The notes below the pieces were generated by a model. The model ran no database searches and was not told the origin of the DNA. It saw only the letters and a program-made list of their open reading frames with translations. From Octopus vulgaris (lineage: Eukaryota), in contig OX597831.1 in the NCBI GenBank assembly GCA_951406725.2, positions 32,550,001 through 32,614,000 on the forward strand: DNA of 64,000 nucleotides. The letters are read 5' to 3'. The first letter of the stretch is position 1; every line of letters begins with the position of its first letter. Shown piece by piece: positions 12,717 through 25,779 of this stretch. The translations under genes were made by a program, and so were the position numbers.

Positions 12717-13074
12717 AAAGGCAAAATGTCTGTCTGTGTGTGTGTGTATCCTTTATACAAATCCACAATTTTTCAGTTAGAGGGCTCGCACTTTCTATGG
12801 TCATTCAACACTGTCCAAAGGTGGTCGTGCACATCTTTACATTTCCCCAGTCACCCCACAAAGCCATTAAAAAATCAATAGAAGTGACTTTTTTGTGAAT
12901 TTTCTATCCAAAACCCAATCAAAATACCCGAAACTTGATACACCAATTGAATGCCAGCTAGCTGTATGTGATTGGTCGGAGATTTGGACAGTACTCGTGT
13001 GTATGTGCGTACGCACGCAGCTGTATATGCATGCACTGGCACTATGACCCAGCAACGCCAGGTCATAGTGCTAG
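12705..13074 (+). mobile_element. Non-autonomous Helitron
   Basis: 5' TATATAAAAGGCAAAATGTCTGTCTGTG like the other Helitron heads here; 3' stem GCACTATGACC/GGTCATAGTGC ending CTAG|T. The 5' boundary is blurred in (TA)n. Confidence 0.7.
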
Positions 13075-13117
13075 TATGTTTATATGTATATATATATGCA
13101 TATGCATATATATATAT

Positions 13118-15672
13118 ATTCACCTAGCGGCTATAATCTCGAGCACAGCTAAGTTTGAATGCTTATTTTATTTTATTTTTATTTATTTTCACTTCACTTC
13201 ACTTCTCGACCAATCATACATGTTTTCCTATCTGTTGTTATTTATCTATCTAACTATTGTATCTAATTTCTCCTCTATTAACTCTGCCCGACCAAGTCTC
13301 GCTCTATCATCCTTTTTCAACCTTCGCGCGTATTTGTCTATCGATCTCCGCCATCTTTAAAGCCTGTTCCCTTAATACACTTCCGCCTTGTCCAAAAATT
13401 CCTTTCCGGTCAATTTCTTTACTTAAGGCAACAACATCTGCTCTCTCATTCATTCACCTAGCGGCTATAATCTCGAGCACAGCTAAGTTTGAATGCTTAT
13501 TTTATTTTATTTTTATTTATTTTCACTTCACTTCACTTCTCGACCAATCATACATGTTTTCCTATCTGTTGTTATTTATCTATCTAACTATTGTATCTAA
13601 TTTCTCCTCTATTAACTCTGCCCGACCAAGTCTCGCTCTATCATCCTTTTTCAACCTTCGCGCGTATTTGTCTATCGATCTCCGCCATCTTTAAAGCCTG
13701 TTCCCTTAATACACTTCCGCCTTGTCCAAAAATTCCTTTCCGGTCAATTTCTTTACTTAAGGCAACAACATCTGCTCTCTCATTCATTCACCTAGCGGCT
13801 ATAATCTCGAGCACAGCTAAGTTTGAATGCTTATTTTATTTTATTTTTATTTATTTTCACTTCACTTCACTTCTCGACCAATCATACATGTTTTCCTATC
13901 TGTTGTTATTTATCTATCTAACTATTGTATCTAATTTCTCCTCTATTAACTCTGCCCGACCAAGTCTCGCTCTATCATCCTTTTTCAACCTTCGCGCGTA
14001 TTTGTCTATCGATCTCCGCCATCTTTAAAGCCTGTTCCCTTAATACACTTCCGCCTTGTCCAAAAATTCCTTTCCGGTCAATTTCTTTACTTAAGGCAAC
14101 AACATCTGCTCTCTCATTCATTCACCTAGCGGCTATAATCTCGAGCACAGCTAAGTTTGAATGCTTATTTTATTTTATTTTTATTTATTTTCACTTCACT
14201 TCACTTCTCGACCAATCATACATGTTTTCCTATCTGTTGTTATTTATCTATCTAACTATTGTATCTAATTTCTCCTCTATTAACTCTGCCCGACCAAGTC
14301 TCGCTCTATCATCCTTTTTCAACCTTCGCGCGTATTTGTCTATCGATCTCCGCCATCTTTAAAGCCTGTTCCCTTAATACACTTCCGCCTTGTCCAAAAA
14401 TTCCTTTCCGGTCAATTTCTTTACTTAAGGCAACAACATCTGCTCTCTCATTCATTCACCTAGCGGCTATAATCTCGAGCACAGCTAAGTTTGAATGCTT
14501 ATTTTATTTTATTTTTATTTATTTTCACTTCACTTCACTTCTCGACCAATCATACATGTTTTCCTATCTGTTGTTATTTATCTATCTAACTATTGTATCT
14601 AATTTCTCCTCTATTAACTCTGCCCGACCAAGTCTCGCTCTATCATCCTTTTTCAACCTTCGCGCGTATTTGTCTATCGATCTCCGCCATCTTTAAAGCC
14701 TGTTCCCTTAATACACTTCCGCCTTGTCCAAAAATTCCTTTCCGGTCAATTTCTTTACTTAAGGCAACAACATCTGCTCTCTCATTCATTCACCTAGCGG
14801 CTATAATCTCGAGCACAGCTAAGTTTGAATGCTTATTTTATTTTATTTTTATTTATTTTCACTTCACTTCACTTCTCGACCAATCATACATGTTTTCCTA
14901 TCTGTTGTTATTTATCTATCTAACTATTGTATCTAATTTCTCCTCTATTAACTCTGCCCGACCAAGTCTCGCTCTATCATCCTTTTTCAACCTTCGCGCG
15001 TATTTGTCTATCGATCTCCGCCATCTTTAAAGCCTGTTCCCTTAATACACTTCCGCCTTGTCCAAAAATTCCTTTCCGGTCAATTTCTTTACTTAAGGCA
15101 ACAACATCTGCTCTCTCATTCATTCACCTAGCGGCTATAATCTCGAGCACAGCTAAGTTTGAATGCTTATTTTATTTTATTTTTATTTATTTTCACTTCA
15201 CTTCACTTCTCGACCAATCATACATGTTTTCCTATCTGTTGTTATTTATCTATCTAACTATTGTATCTAATTTCTCCTCTATTAACTCTGCCCGACCAAG
15301 TCTCGCTCTATCATCCTTTTTCAACCTTCGCGCGTATTTGTCTATCGATCTCCGCCATCTTTAAAGCCTGTTCCCTTAATACACTTCCGCCTTGTCCAAA
15401 AATTCCTTTCCGGTCAATTTCTTTACTTAAGGCAACAACATCTGCTCTCTCATTCATTCACCTAGCGGCTATAATCTCGAGCACAGCTAAGTTTGAATGC
15501 TTATTTTATTTTATTTTTATTTATTTTCACTTCACTTCACTTCTCGACCAATCATACATGTTTTCCTATCTGTTGTTATTTATCTATCTAACTATTGTAT
15601 CTAATTTCTCCTCTATTAACTCTGCCCGACCAAGTCTCGCTCTATCATCCTTTTTCAACCTTCGCGCGTATT
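13118..15672. repeat. 334-bp tandem repeat, ~7.65 apparently identical copies, intronic
   Basis: ATTCACCTAGCGGCTATAATC recurs every 334 bp; the ORF track shows identical 145-aa ORFs at 334-bp spacing. Confidence 0.97.
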
Positions 15673-17218
15673 CGCGGTGCACCCACCCTGCCCACCCCCA
15701 CCACCAATACCGGATATCTCTATATTTTTGCTCCATCTATACCGGATGTTGTTTCTCCCACCACCATTATAGGTGTCTACTCTTCGAATGCCCCCTCCTC
15801 AATACGCTATTTTCACCATGCATTACCCTCTATCCTACATTCTACTTGCCTAAGAACCTGTCATCATTCCTCTGAACCACCCCTCCCCACTGGTGCTCCC
15901 CTATATTTCTGCCCCCCCCCACATAATAAAAAAAGCACCATCCGAACGTGGCCGATGCCAGACCCCTCTGGCACCCGTGCAGGTGGCACGTAAAAAACAC
16001 CCACTACACTCGCGGAGTGGTTGGCGTTAGGAAGGGCATCCAGCTGTAGAAACACTGCCAGACTAGACTGGAGCCTGGGGCAGTCCCTAGCTCCCCAGAC
16101 CCCGGTCGAAACCGTCCAACCCGTGCTAGCGCGGAAAACGGACGTTAAACGATGATGATGATGATGATGATATATATATATATATGCATATATATATATA
16201 TATGCATATGCAGAAAGAGAACTGCGGTTTGTTATAAGGGAGTGAAAAGTTTCATTACTAATAAACTGCAGTTCTCTTTCTGTGGTACTATTTTGTGACA
16301 CACATGGTAATCTTGGAGGGAAAATACGAACTCACTTGTCTATATGGATTTGAATGTGCTGACTATCTTCTGTTATCTCCAATGGTGCGGGATTGGGATG
16401 CAAGAGGTAGGTTAATAGCCTTTGCAAATCTATAATTTACTGGATTGCTGTGCTGATGATGGGAATGAGTTCTTTATAATTCTAACTCAGAAACATGTCC
16501 ACAACTGACTGAAGACTGTTTGATTTCGTTATTTTCCTTCTTTTGCCTATGTGAGTTACAAGAAATGTTATATGTGGAGCTATATCTGTAGTAAATAGGA
16601 ATAAGCGGTCTTTGGCTGCTATTTCTAAATTTTTAAAACCCTAATTATATATCATCATCGCCTCCGGTTAAGGTACCTGGCGCCTTAGACCACTCAGCCA
16701 TTCAACTTTTTGTAAAAGTTCCTACCGATAATGGTTCTATTTCCATACCGAAACTGCTTGGTAATAATTATTAATTTTAAATTTATAATTATTTACCCTT
16801 ATATATAAATAAATATATATATATATATATATACACATACATACATACACATACAATAAAAACAGATGAATGGGTTATCCATCTGCTAAATCTGCTCTTA
16901 AAGCTTTGTTGGCCTATGGTTATAGTGGAAGATATCCACCCAGGAGAGTGCATATAGTGGGACTGAACCTGAAGCGACATGGTTTGAAAGTAATCTTCTT
17001 AACCACACAGTCATGTTTACATCTCTACACAATTGCCTTTATATATATAAATGCCTGTCTAAATCAAGCTAAACATTAACCCTCCCCACTACACTTGTAA
17101 AACGTCAGTCACTTAACACAGTGTTACCTACATCTTCTGCTAATGCTTAATACAAAAAGATTTTTCCCCTCGTGATTCCATGTCATCTCACTGTTATCGA
17201 ACTTTTCTTTTCACCCAG

Positions 17219-17431
17219 ATTTATTGATGCACACGGGAGTTGTGTGTCATACCTTGATGCTGCGTTCACCAATATTCGGAACAACGGCCTGCTGTGTATT
17301 GTGTCTTCAGATTTGTCTGCCTTATTTGCCAAAACAAGACATGTGGCAATGAGGAATTACGGTGCCAATGTCATAAAGAATGACTACATGAAGGAAGCTG
17401 CCGTAAGAGTGGTAATCGGTGCCGCTGCCAA
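17219..17431 (+). CDS. TRMT1L: TRMT1L coding exon B (motif IV region)
   Basis: ttttcacccag acceptor and AA|gtaagg donor; 213 nt, phase 2-2. Encodes FIDAHGSCVSYLDAAFTNIRNNGLLCIVSSDLSALFAKTRHVAMRNYG...VRVVIGAAA. Confidence 0.93.
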
Positions 17432-20400
17432 GTAAGGAGGTTTACTCTTTCACGTTGAGGTTACTCTGCCAAATGTAACATTTATTTATTCAAGGTGTTT
17501 TGAATTAATCATGCATTATCTTGTAGCTTTTGGATATCATCATCATCGTTTAGCGTCCGCTTTCCACGCTGGCACGGGTTGAATGGTGCAACTGGGGTCT
17601 GGGAAGCCAGAAGGCTGCACCAAGGCCAGTCCGATCTGGCAATGTTTCTACGGCTGGATGCCCTTCCTAACGCCAACCACTCCATGAGTGTAGTGGGTGC
17701 TTTTTACGTGCCAGACGAGGCTGGCAAACGGCCACGATTAGATGGTGCTTTTTACGTGCCACCGGCACGGAAGCCAGTCGGGGCGGCGCTGGCAACGGCC
17801 ACGTTCGGATGGTTCTCTTATGTGCCACTGGCACTGGTATCATAGCAACAATTTCCATTGATGTTGATCGATTTTGATTTTGATTTTCACTTGCCTCAAC
17901 AGGTCTTCACAAGTAGAGTTTCAATGATGATAATGGTTATCACCATTTAATGGTCACTTAAGGCAGCGTATGCTGGCAGAATCATTAGCACGCCATACAA
18001 AATGTTTAGCGACATTTTGGTCATTTTTATGTTCTGAGTTCAAATTCAGCTGAGGTTCGAATTTTGCTTTTCATCCTTTCAGGGTCAATGAAGTAAGTAC
18101 CAGTTACACATTGGGGTTTATGTAATCGTCTGGCTCCCTCCTCCTAAATTACAGGCCCTTTGCCTATAGCAGAAAGGATCATTTAATGTCCACTCTCCAT
18201 ACTGGTAGGAGTTGGATGGTTTGATAGGGAACCAGTGAGTTGCAGGGCTGCACCAAGCCCCAGAATCATCTTTGGCATGACTTCTACAGTTGGATGCCTT
18301 GTCTAATGCCAACCATTTTACAGAGGGTACTCGGTGCTTGTTTCCCGTGCCACTGGTACTCGTGAAGTTGCTATGTAACTTGCAAGACAGAAAAGAAGAG
18401 AGGAAAAGGAAGTGGAAGGAGGAAGTAGTTGGGAGGGGAAGATGGGCAGTGGGTGGCTGTAGGCCAAGGCCAAGTGTTGAAAGGCTAAAGGATGAGAGAG
18501 GGTCAAGCACAGGTGTCTTGCTATGGAAGATTGATACAAGGAAGGCAGTGATGAGATGCGAGAGCAAACTCAAGGATCAAGAAGGTGAGCATGAGAGGAT
18601 CCAGACGATGGGTCATGGGGGAGGGTGACAAGAGGGGGGGGGGTAAACAGGTGGAGGTTAGAGGATGAATACTACAGTAAATTTGTTTTAAGTAATGTAT
18701 TTACATTGAGTATGATACACAGAGGGCTATTTTAATCTAATACTGCTTCTGTTGCATACAACAATTGCAGTTTTGTATTCTAATACAGGAATTCTTTTGT
18801 CTCAAATGAGGGGAGCAAGTCCTCAGAAAATTTTAGACTCATGTTGACTGACCCCTCTCTTCTAGCCAGTGTAAGAGCTAATATTCCAATATCTCAAGAT
18901 GTCAGAACGATAATCTTCTCAGAAATCCAAACAGTTGTAAATACAATCAGTTTTATACAGAGAAGTGATGAGCAAGGTTTGGTGTACAGACGATGGGAAA
19001 TACCAGTCTGGAGAGGGGTATGACAGAGGGATTAGCACAGGTGTCTTGCTCTAGAAGAGGTACATGGCTGATGGAGATAAAAGGAAGGTAGCGATGGGAT
19101 TTTAAAGAGTTTTAGAATGATGTTGTAGGGTAGGTATGAGAGGCTGGATCTGGCCATTTTGAGCATGAAACATGTAGAATATCTGGGCCGGATATAGCTT
19201 GTTTAAATGCTAAAGGGCTAAATTCGCTAATACTCTTCCACTTTTTGCTCTTCAATCCATTTTAATCCTTTCTGTTAAACTCTATAATCTTTGGAGTGGA
19301 CAGATAACGTGATCCCACAACAGTATGGATATATGGATTTTCAGCCAAGCAAACAGGAAAAGGACAATGAACACAGAATGTATCTGCAGCAAAAAAATGC
19401 AAGACCATCATCATCATCCTAAATTAACATCTGCTTTCCATGCTGGCATGGGTTGGACAGTTTGGCAGAGCCTAGGAAGCTGCAGGGTTGCACCAAGTGT
19501 CAGTGTCAGCTTTGTCATGGTTTCAACAAGTGGATGCCCGTCCTGAATCCATCAGGTCGAAATAAAATGTCTGGACAGCAAGAATCAGGTGCAGCACAGA
19601 GTAGCACATTCTGGGGACACACAAGAGGAGCATGGCCAGGACTCACCCCACAGTGTCAAGTCCCTCCATGTGTCTATATCCCTGACTTCAAACAGAACAT
19701 CTCTGGAATTCCATAAATTCAATTACTGAAGCTGTAGGGGTCAGTAGGGGGCTTTGGATAAAGAGGGCAGACTAGTGGTTTGCTGGTATTAGGATGCAAA
19801 CTGGGTCTTGATCAACCCCTGGTTGGGTCGACTGGGCAAAAGGGTCTGATGTTTAAAGGCCTGGTACCACCTGAGATTTCAGAAGCATCACTCATTATGG
19901 CACTCCAGGGCTTCCACAAGAAATACCTTAAAACTGGTGCTAATGCTTATCTTTAGAATTTCATAAAAAGCAAGAACTGTGTAAAAGTGTGTCGCGTGTG
20001 TGTGTATGTCTGTGTGTGTGTGTGTGTGTGTGTATAGATATATACATCTGTATGTGTTTGCATGTGTCTCTTGTCTTGACATCATGTGATGGTTATAAAC
20101 GAGTTTTTAACGAGTGTCACTGTCTTACAAGCTGTGTTGTTTGTTTCCAGTTTTGTATGAAAAATATGTCTGGCTATAGGGAAGCATTACCTTGCTTGGA
20201 AACAGGTGAAGGTTTGGCACAGGAAGGGCATCCAGCTGTAGAAAATCTGCTTCAACAAATTCCGTCTGACCCATGTTAAACATGGAAAAACCAGTCTCTG
20301 CAGTTTACAACCCGGAAGAGTTATCTCCCTTACAGCTTAATTCATGTCAATGACGCAAAACTAAGATTTTGAAAAACTCTGATAAGCAGCAATCCTATAT

Positions 20401-20654
20401 TGGCGGAGTATAGAAGCTGGGAAAGGACTTCACTGTGATTATTGTCGGAAATATTTGAGTGTTCCCTCGGTATTTGTCCAGAGAGTGTCGGTGTGAGGAG
20501 ATGACATCGTTTCACCCTCTTTTTCAACCTGGTCGCTATTTATATTGTGAGAGAAAGTTGCGTGGGGGAATGACGTCGTGTTCGAATATCGAAGGGTTAC
20601 CAGTATTTGTTAGAAAGAAGGTAATTCTGATAATGTGATTGAGTTTGGTCTGAA

Positions 20655-20925
20655 TGCACATAGCCTAATGGTTAAAGTGTTGCACTTAGGATTGTTAGAG
20701 CGTGGTTTCGATTCCTGGAGTCGACAGTGAATAGTGTTTTGGAGCAAAACACTCCATTTCACGTTGCACCAAGCCATTCACCTATAAATGAGTTCAAGTA
20801 ATAGTCGGGAAGTTAACTTTGCGATGGACTGGCGTTCCATCCAGGGTATGAGATAGTATTGTCATTTCAGTTAATCAGTCACCATGGAAACTGAATTAAG
20901 TTCCGCTCTTATCAGTCCTGGGGCG
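20655..20925 (+). mobile_element. Degenerate tRNA-derived SINE with V-domain-like segment
   Basis: A box TAGCCTAATGG, B box GGTTTCGATTCC, and GCGATGGACTGGCGTTCCATCCAGGG. Confidence 0.6.
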
Positions 20926-21008
20926 CGTCGAAAAAAAAAAAAGAAAAACAAAAAAAGAAAAACCAAACCAATGGGGAAGGGGTCGATGTATTTAACAATC
21001 CAGAATAC

Positions 21009-21372
21009 AGGCGCAGGCGTGGCTGTGTGGTAAGTAGCTTGCTACCCAACCACATGGTTCCAGGTTCAGTCCCATTGCGTGGCACCTTGGGCCGATCAAA
21101 GTCTTGTGAGTGGATTTGGTAGACGGAAACTGAAAGAAGCTCATCGTATATATATATATATATATATATGTGAGTGTGTGTGTGTGCCTTTGTGTCTGTG
21201 TTTGACCCTCACCGCGGCTTAACTTGGCAGTTTGCAAAAAAAGACCGATAGATGGGTACCAGGCTTTAAAAAATTATAAGTGCTGGGTCGATTCGTTCAA
21301 CTAAAAATTCTACTAGGTGATGCCCCAGCATGGCCACAGTCTAATATCTGAAACAGATAAACGATCAAAAGA
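21009..21372 (+). mobile_element. CORE-like tRNA-derived SINE
   Basis: A box TGGCTGTGTGG, B box GGTTCAGTCCC, internal (TA)/(TG) tract and the shared 3' stem-loop tail. Confidence 0.75.
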
Positions 21373-22299
21373 TAGGGGAATAATTTAAGAAGTTCCCTTC
21401 GCAACGACGGATTCGATCCCACTGCCTGGTGCCTTGGGTCAGTGTGTTTTATTTTAGCCCCAGGCCTATCCAAGACCTGTATGTGGAATTGGATTGCTGG
21501 AACTTGTGCAGAAACGTGTTGAGTGAATTGTACCTATAATTTAAGAGTACACATATCAACGGAATGCTCAGCCAGTTATGTATTTATTAAATGAGTTGGC
21601 AGCTCAGTTGGTTGAACAAAAGAGCTCAAGTATTTCAAGGGAGGTAACTTTGCTAATGCAACATTTACCTGTAGGGAAAAAACCGAAACCAACGGAAACT
21701 AAAGCAGCGAATCTCTACAGGAATATGGTCAGAGAAGGATGGAGGAGGCGGAAACAAAAGTAGATTTTGCACCCTCGCCCCTCCATCACCATTATATCAC
21801 CGTGGTTAACATTTTACACACACACACACACACACATCACCACTGCCGCTGCCGTTTAGAGTCTCTTTGAATTACTAATACAATATTTTGGATAAGACAA
21901 CGAGCTGGCAGAATCGTTAGCGTGCTGGACAAAATGCTTAGCAGCATTTAGTCTATCTTTCTAACCTGAGTTCAAATTCTGCCAACGTCAACTTTGCCTT
22001 TCATTCTTTTTAGGGTCGAAAAAATTAGTAGCAGTTGAACACTGGGGGGTTCGATATAATTAACTCATCCCTGCTCCCAGAATTGCTAACCATGTACCAA
22101 AATTTGAAATCATTTTAGGTCTCTCTCTCTTTTGCTCTGTCTCTCTCTCTCACTGTTTTCTCTCTCTCTTTTGCTCCTTTTATCTGTTTGGCTCTCTCAC
22201 TCTGTTTTACTCTCTCTCCTTGAATTAACTCCTTTTTCAGCATTTATATATTTAAATTCCTTCTTAATGATAGATATTTCTGTGTAATTATTTCTCTAG

Positions 22300-22490
22300 A
22301 TCTGCAGCAAAATGCAGCAAAGGTATCCAGGTGATGTTTGGCGTGTGCGTTGAGCCATTTGTGTTGGTTGTAATTAAAGTGCAGCGTGGCCCCTATTATG
22401 CAGACATGTGCTCTCTGAAAGTCCGTCCTCTAATACACTGTCAGATCTGTGAAGAGAGAGCTTTTTGTCCTGAAATGAGGGCAAGTGTTG
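22300..22490 (+). CDS. TRMT1L: TRMT1L coding exon C
   Basis: tttctctag acceptor and G|gtaagt donor. Encodes SAAKCSKGIQVMFGVCVEPFVLVVIKVQRGP...LIHCQICEERAF, with the CxxC half of the Zn site. Confidence 0.93.
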
Positions 22491-23728
22491 GTAAGTATCT
22501 TCATCGTTTATCGTGTCTGTCTCTGTATGTGTAGATGTGCGTGGACAAGGTACTTTGTTTCTGTAGTGTAAGAAAGGGAAGGCACTGAAACCTTATAGAT
22601 TTATATAACTATAAGGGCTAGGACCCTAACAAACCATCCAACTCATGTTGGAATGGTAGATGGACTAACCCATCCTGTCACCATCCTGTCACAGGGATCC
22701 ATCACAAGTCTTGGGCTCTAATGAATTGCGCAACATATGCTGGCAGGGATATCTGTCTGTCCTACCAGCGTATGACTGGCTTACCCTATGGCTGGGGCCA
22801 CCTAGTGAAGCCACCCCATTATTACTTTGTCCCCTCTCCTCCACACAAACCCCTGATATTACTCTTCCCTCCTCCTCTGTCTCCATTATTCCCACTCCCA
22901 ACACTGTGCCCTTCCTTATTCTCTCCATTACCACCTTTTCACAAAATCCATCCCTTCTCCCTTTGCTGCACCAGACTCCATTCTGATTTGGCATGGTTTC
23001 TGTGGCTGGATGCCCTCCCTAATGCCAACCACTTTACAGTGGGTGCTGCATGCACTATACAGGCACTACTTTTATGTGGCACCACACAGGCTCTTTTTCA
23101 CGGCATTGCATGGACGCTTTTTACGTGGCACTAGTACGAGACTCTTGCAGGTTAATCCACATCCCTGGGGTGGGGGACTGATCTTAACTCTTCTGTTGCA
23201 GAGTATGGATCTTTTTGAGGATATATTTGTGAACGGGGACAACAAACACTCAAGGCATAACAAGCATCTCAGGTCATATGTTATTACTGAGATGCATGTT
23301 ATGCCTTGTTGTTTGTTGTCTTCTTTCACAAATATATATCTGCTAAATCAGAAGCATAAAATGGATCCATAGCTCTCATCTCAGTTACGAGCTTGGAACC
23401 CTATTAGTTTAGATTACTAGTGAACTAAACCCCATATTCTGTATGTATATATGTGTGTGTATGTGTATGTATATATATGAGCCATCCAATTCTTTGTCAG
23501 TGGATGATTGCTTCTATAGTTCAGTTATAGAAACTGGAAAAAGCAAGAGATTTGGTGTTTTGGTGTGGGTCTCATGACAAGAAGAAGAGTTGTATTAAGA
23601 TGTGAACATGTGACCTTGTGGTCAGAAGTACAGTATATCTTGACCCCACGACCAGTTATGGCCCCACCCACTGTTTTGTTGTTTATTTATTTATTTAAAT
23701 TAAATTCAATTTAATTTTTGTTTTGTAG

Positions 23729-23807
23729 AAAACCTCTATGATCTTCTTCCTTGTGATTGTCAATCAGAAACTCCTGGTAAAACAGCATTAAAACTTGGCC
23801 CCATGTG
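23729..23807 (+). CDS. TRMT1L: TRMT1L coding exon D
   Basis: ttttgtag acceptor and TG|gtaagt donor. Encodes ENLYDLLPCDCQSETPGKTALKLGPMW (GPxW motif of the Trm1 family). Absent from the ORF track. Confidence 0.92.
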
Positions 23808-24814
23808 GTAAGTACTTATTCAAACTCTTTGGGGGTTCTTTGTAGTTTCATGAAGGATTTAGCTCTGATTCTGAAACAAAGTGGTCCTTACTATAAAGAG
23901 GTCTGTTTGTAATACAAGCTGGTCCTTATTGTATTGAAGAAGTTTCTTTGTATAACAGAATTAGTCCCTATAGTCTTGAGATCACTCTATAAAACAATGA
24001 GGACCCTATCAGTCCAAGGGGTTAAAAGTAATGACTAAGCACCTCTCCACAAAATAGCTGGCCTTGACTCTAAATCCATTTTATCCGGCCTTTACATTCT
24101 GAGTTCAAATCCTGCTCTGATCAGTTTTGCATTTCATCTCTCCAGTGTCAATAAAATAAAGTAGCAGTCAAATACTCTGGTACACTCAAAAGTATGGGCC
24201 TTGTGCCTAAATTAGGATCCATCATTTTTACGTTCATGGTTAAGGTTGCGAGCTAGCAGAATCGTTAACATGCTGGATGAAACGTTTAGCAACATTTGTG
24301 GGGGCTCCGAAAGGGGTCTCAGGGAGTAGTGTCCCTGCTTTCCTGAGCTAGTTTTCTACCACATTTCTTAAAAATTGTGGTAGGGGCCTTGGTCTTGGGA
24401 CGACATGTCTTGAAACTGAGGTTAGGGGTAAGAAAGGGCATGCTCCCCATAGAAAATCCGGCTTCAAAAAAGCTGTATGATAGCAAGGGAGAATGGGCAC
24501 CAGCTAGCCCAAAGGTTGGGGTGGGCTGCACCTGCCTGCCTCAGTTGCTATGGCATTGGGGTAGATCCAGCCATCCCTGTTAACAGGGACAAAACTCAGA
24601 CTTAAAACACTGGATGATGATGATGATCCATCTCTACATTCCAGCAAAGTTGACTTTGCTTTTCATCCTTTAGGGTTCAATGAAATAAGTACCAGTCATG
24701 TATTAGGGTTGAAGTAATCGACTATCCACCCCACCCCACATTTCAGGTCTTGTGCCTATAGTTGAAAAGATTGTTACATTTATAGATAATGTTTTAATAT
24801 CTTTCTTTTTGCAG

Positions 24815-25225
24815 GTGTGATAACATATTCAATGCCAAGTTTGTCGAACAGATGATATCAGTTGCTAGAGATATGAAACTCAGTGAGCGCCTTGAGGCCC
24901 AACTTAGTTCAATTTTTAATGAATGCATTTGTAGTTCAAGTCCTGTAGATTCCAGCTCATCTTCAAAGAATTGCCAGTCTTCGTCTTCACCATCACCGTC
25001 ACATTCTGTCTTGTTGTCTTATCCTTCACTGTCCGCTCAGCAGCACAACGAGAGGTCAGCCCTTAACAGTTTGAAACGCAAGACTTCATCATCGGCACCT
25101 GCGGCTTCTTTGCTGTCCTCGTCAAGCACCTCACTCTCAAGGACTGTGTCCGGCAACCCCATTGATAACAACGTAGAAACCAACAGCAACAACAACAAAA
25201 ATAATAATAGTAATAATAAAAGTAA

Positions 25226-25257
<32 letters not shown>

Positions 25258-25633
25258 ATAATAATACTACCACAACTACTACTTCTACTGCTGCTACTGC
25301 TGCTGCTTCAGTTGATGTGGGCCCAGCAACATCTGAGAATTCAGCAATTGGAAATGGTGATGGTGCTATTGTCGACGCCAATGCAAGTGAAATGACGGCC
25401 AACATGAAGGGTGCTGTGTCTGTTACTGTCGTGTCAACGTCTTCCGATCCCCACGGCAACTTGAAAATGGACTTCGCTGTAGACAGGAGTGCGAGAAATT
25501 GTCAAAATCTCACCAATGAGCCCCCTATAAAGAGGATTTGTCTTCCTGATCCTGACCCAAGCCCTGTACTGGCTATGCCACCCTTTTTCTATAACATCCA
25601 CAAACGCAAGTTCAAAGGTGTTTTCCTCCCCAA
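24815..25633 (+). CDS. TRMT1L: TRMT1L coding exon E with long low-complexity insert
   Basis: tttttgcag acceptor and AA|gtaagt donor; 819 nt open. Begins CDNIFNAKFVEQM and ends PPFFYNIHKRKFKGVFLPK (human PPFYYNIHRHSIKGMNMPK). Confidence 0.9.
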
Positions 25634-25779
25634 GTAAGTTAAAAATTTCTCTCTAATTATTTTGTTGTATGTTGGACAGGGTTGTTATGTCTGACACTGG
25701 TTCACAGCAAGAACCTGGCAAAAGCAAGTAAAAAAACAAACAAAATATTCTCAGTAATTATATTAATTAGATGATTGTA

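Noticed and set aside
13257-15875. Repeated 145-aa hydrophobic ORFs resembling a tandem gene array or CRISPR
   Set aside because: A by-product of the 334-bp repeat: non-ATG starts, no recognisable domain and no variable spacers.
16720-16765. CCGATAATGGT...ACCGAAAC hammerhead-like trace
   Set aside because: Two core mismatches and no convincing stems I or III.
21009-21085. tRNA-like A/B box segments here and at other SINE heads
   Set aside because: No full cloverleaf; they run directly into SINE bodies.
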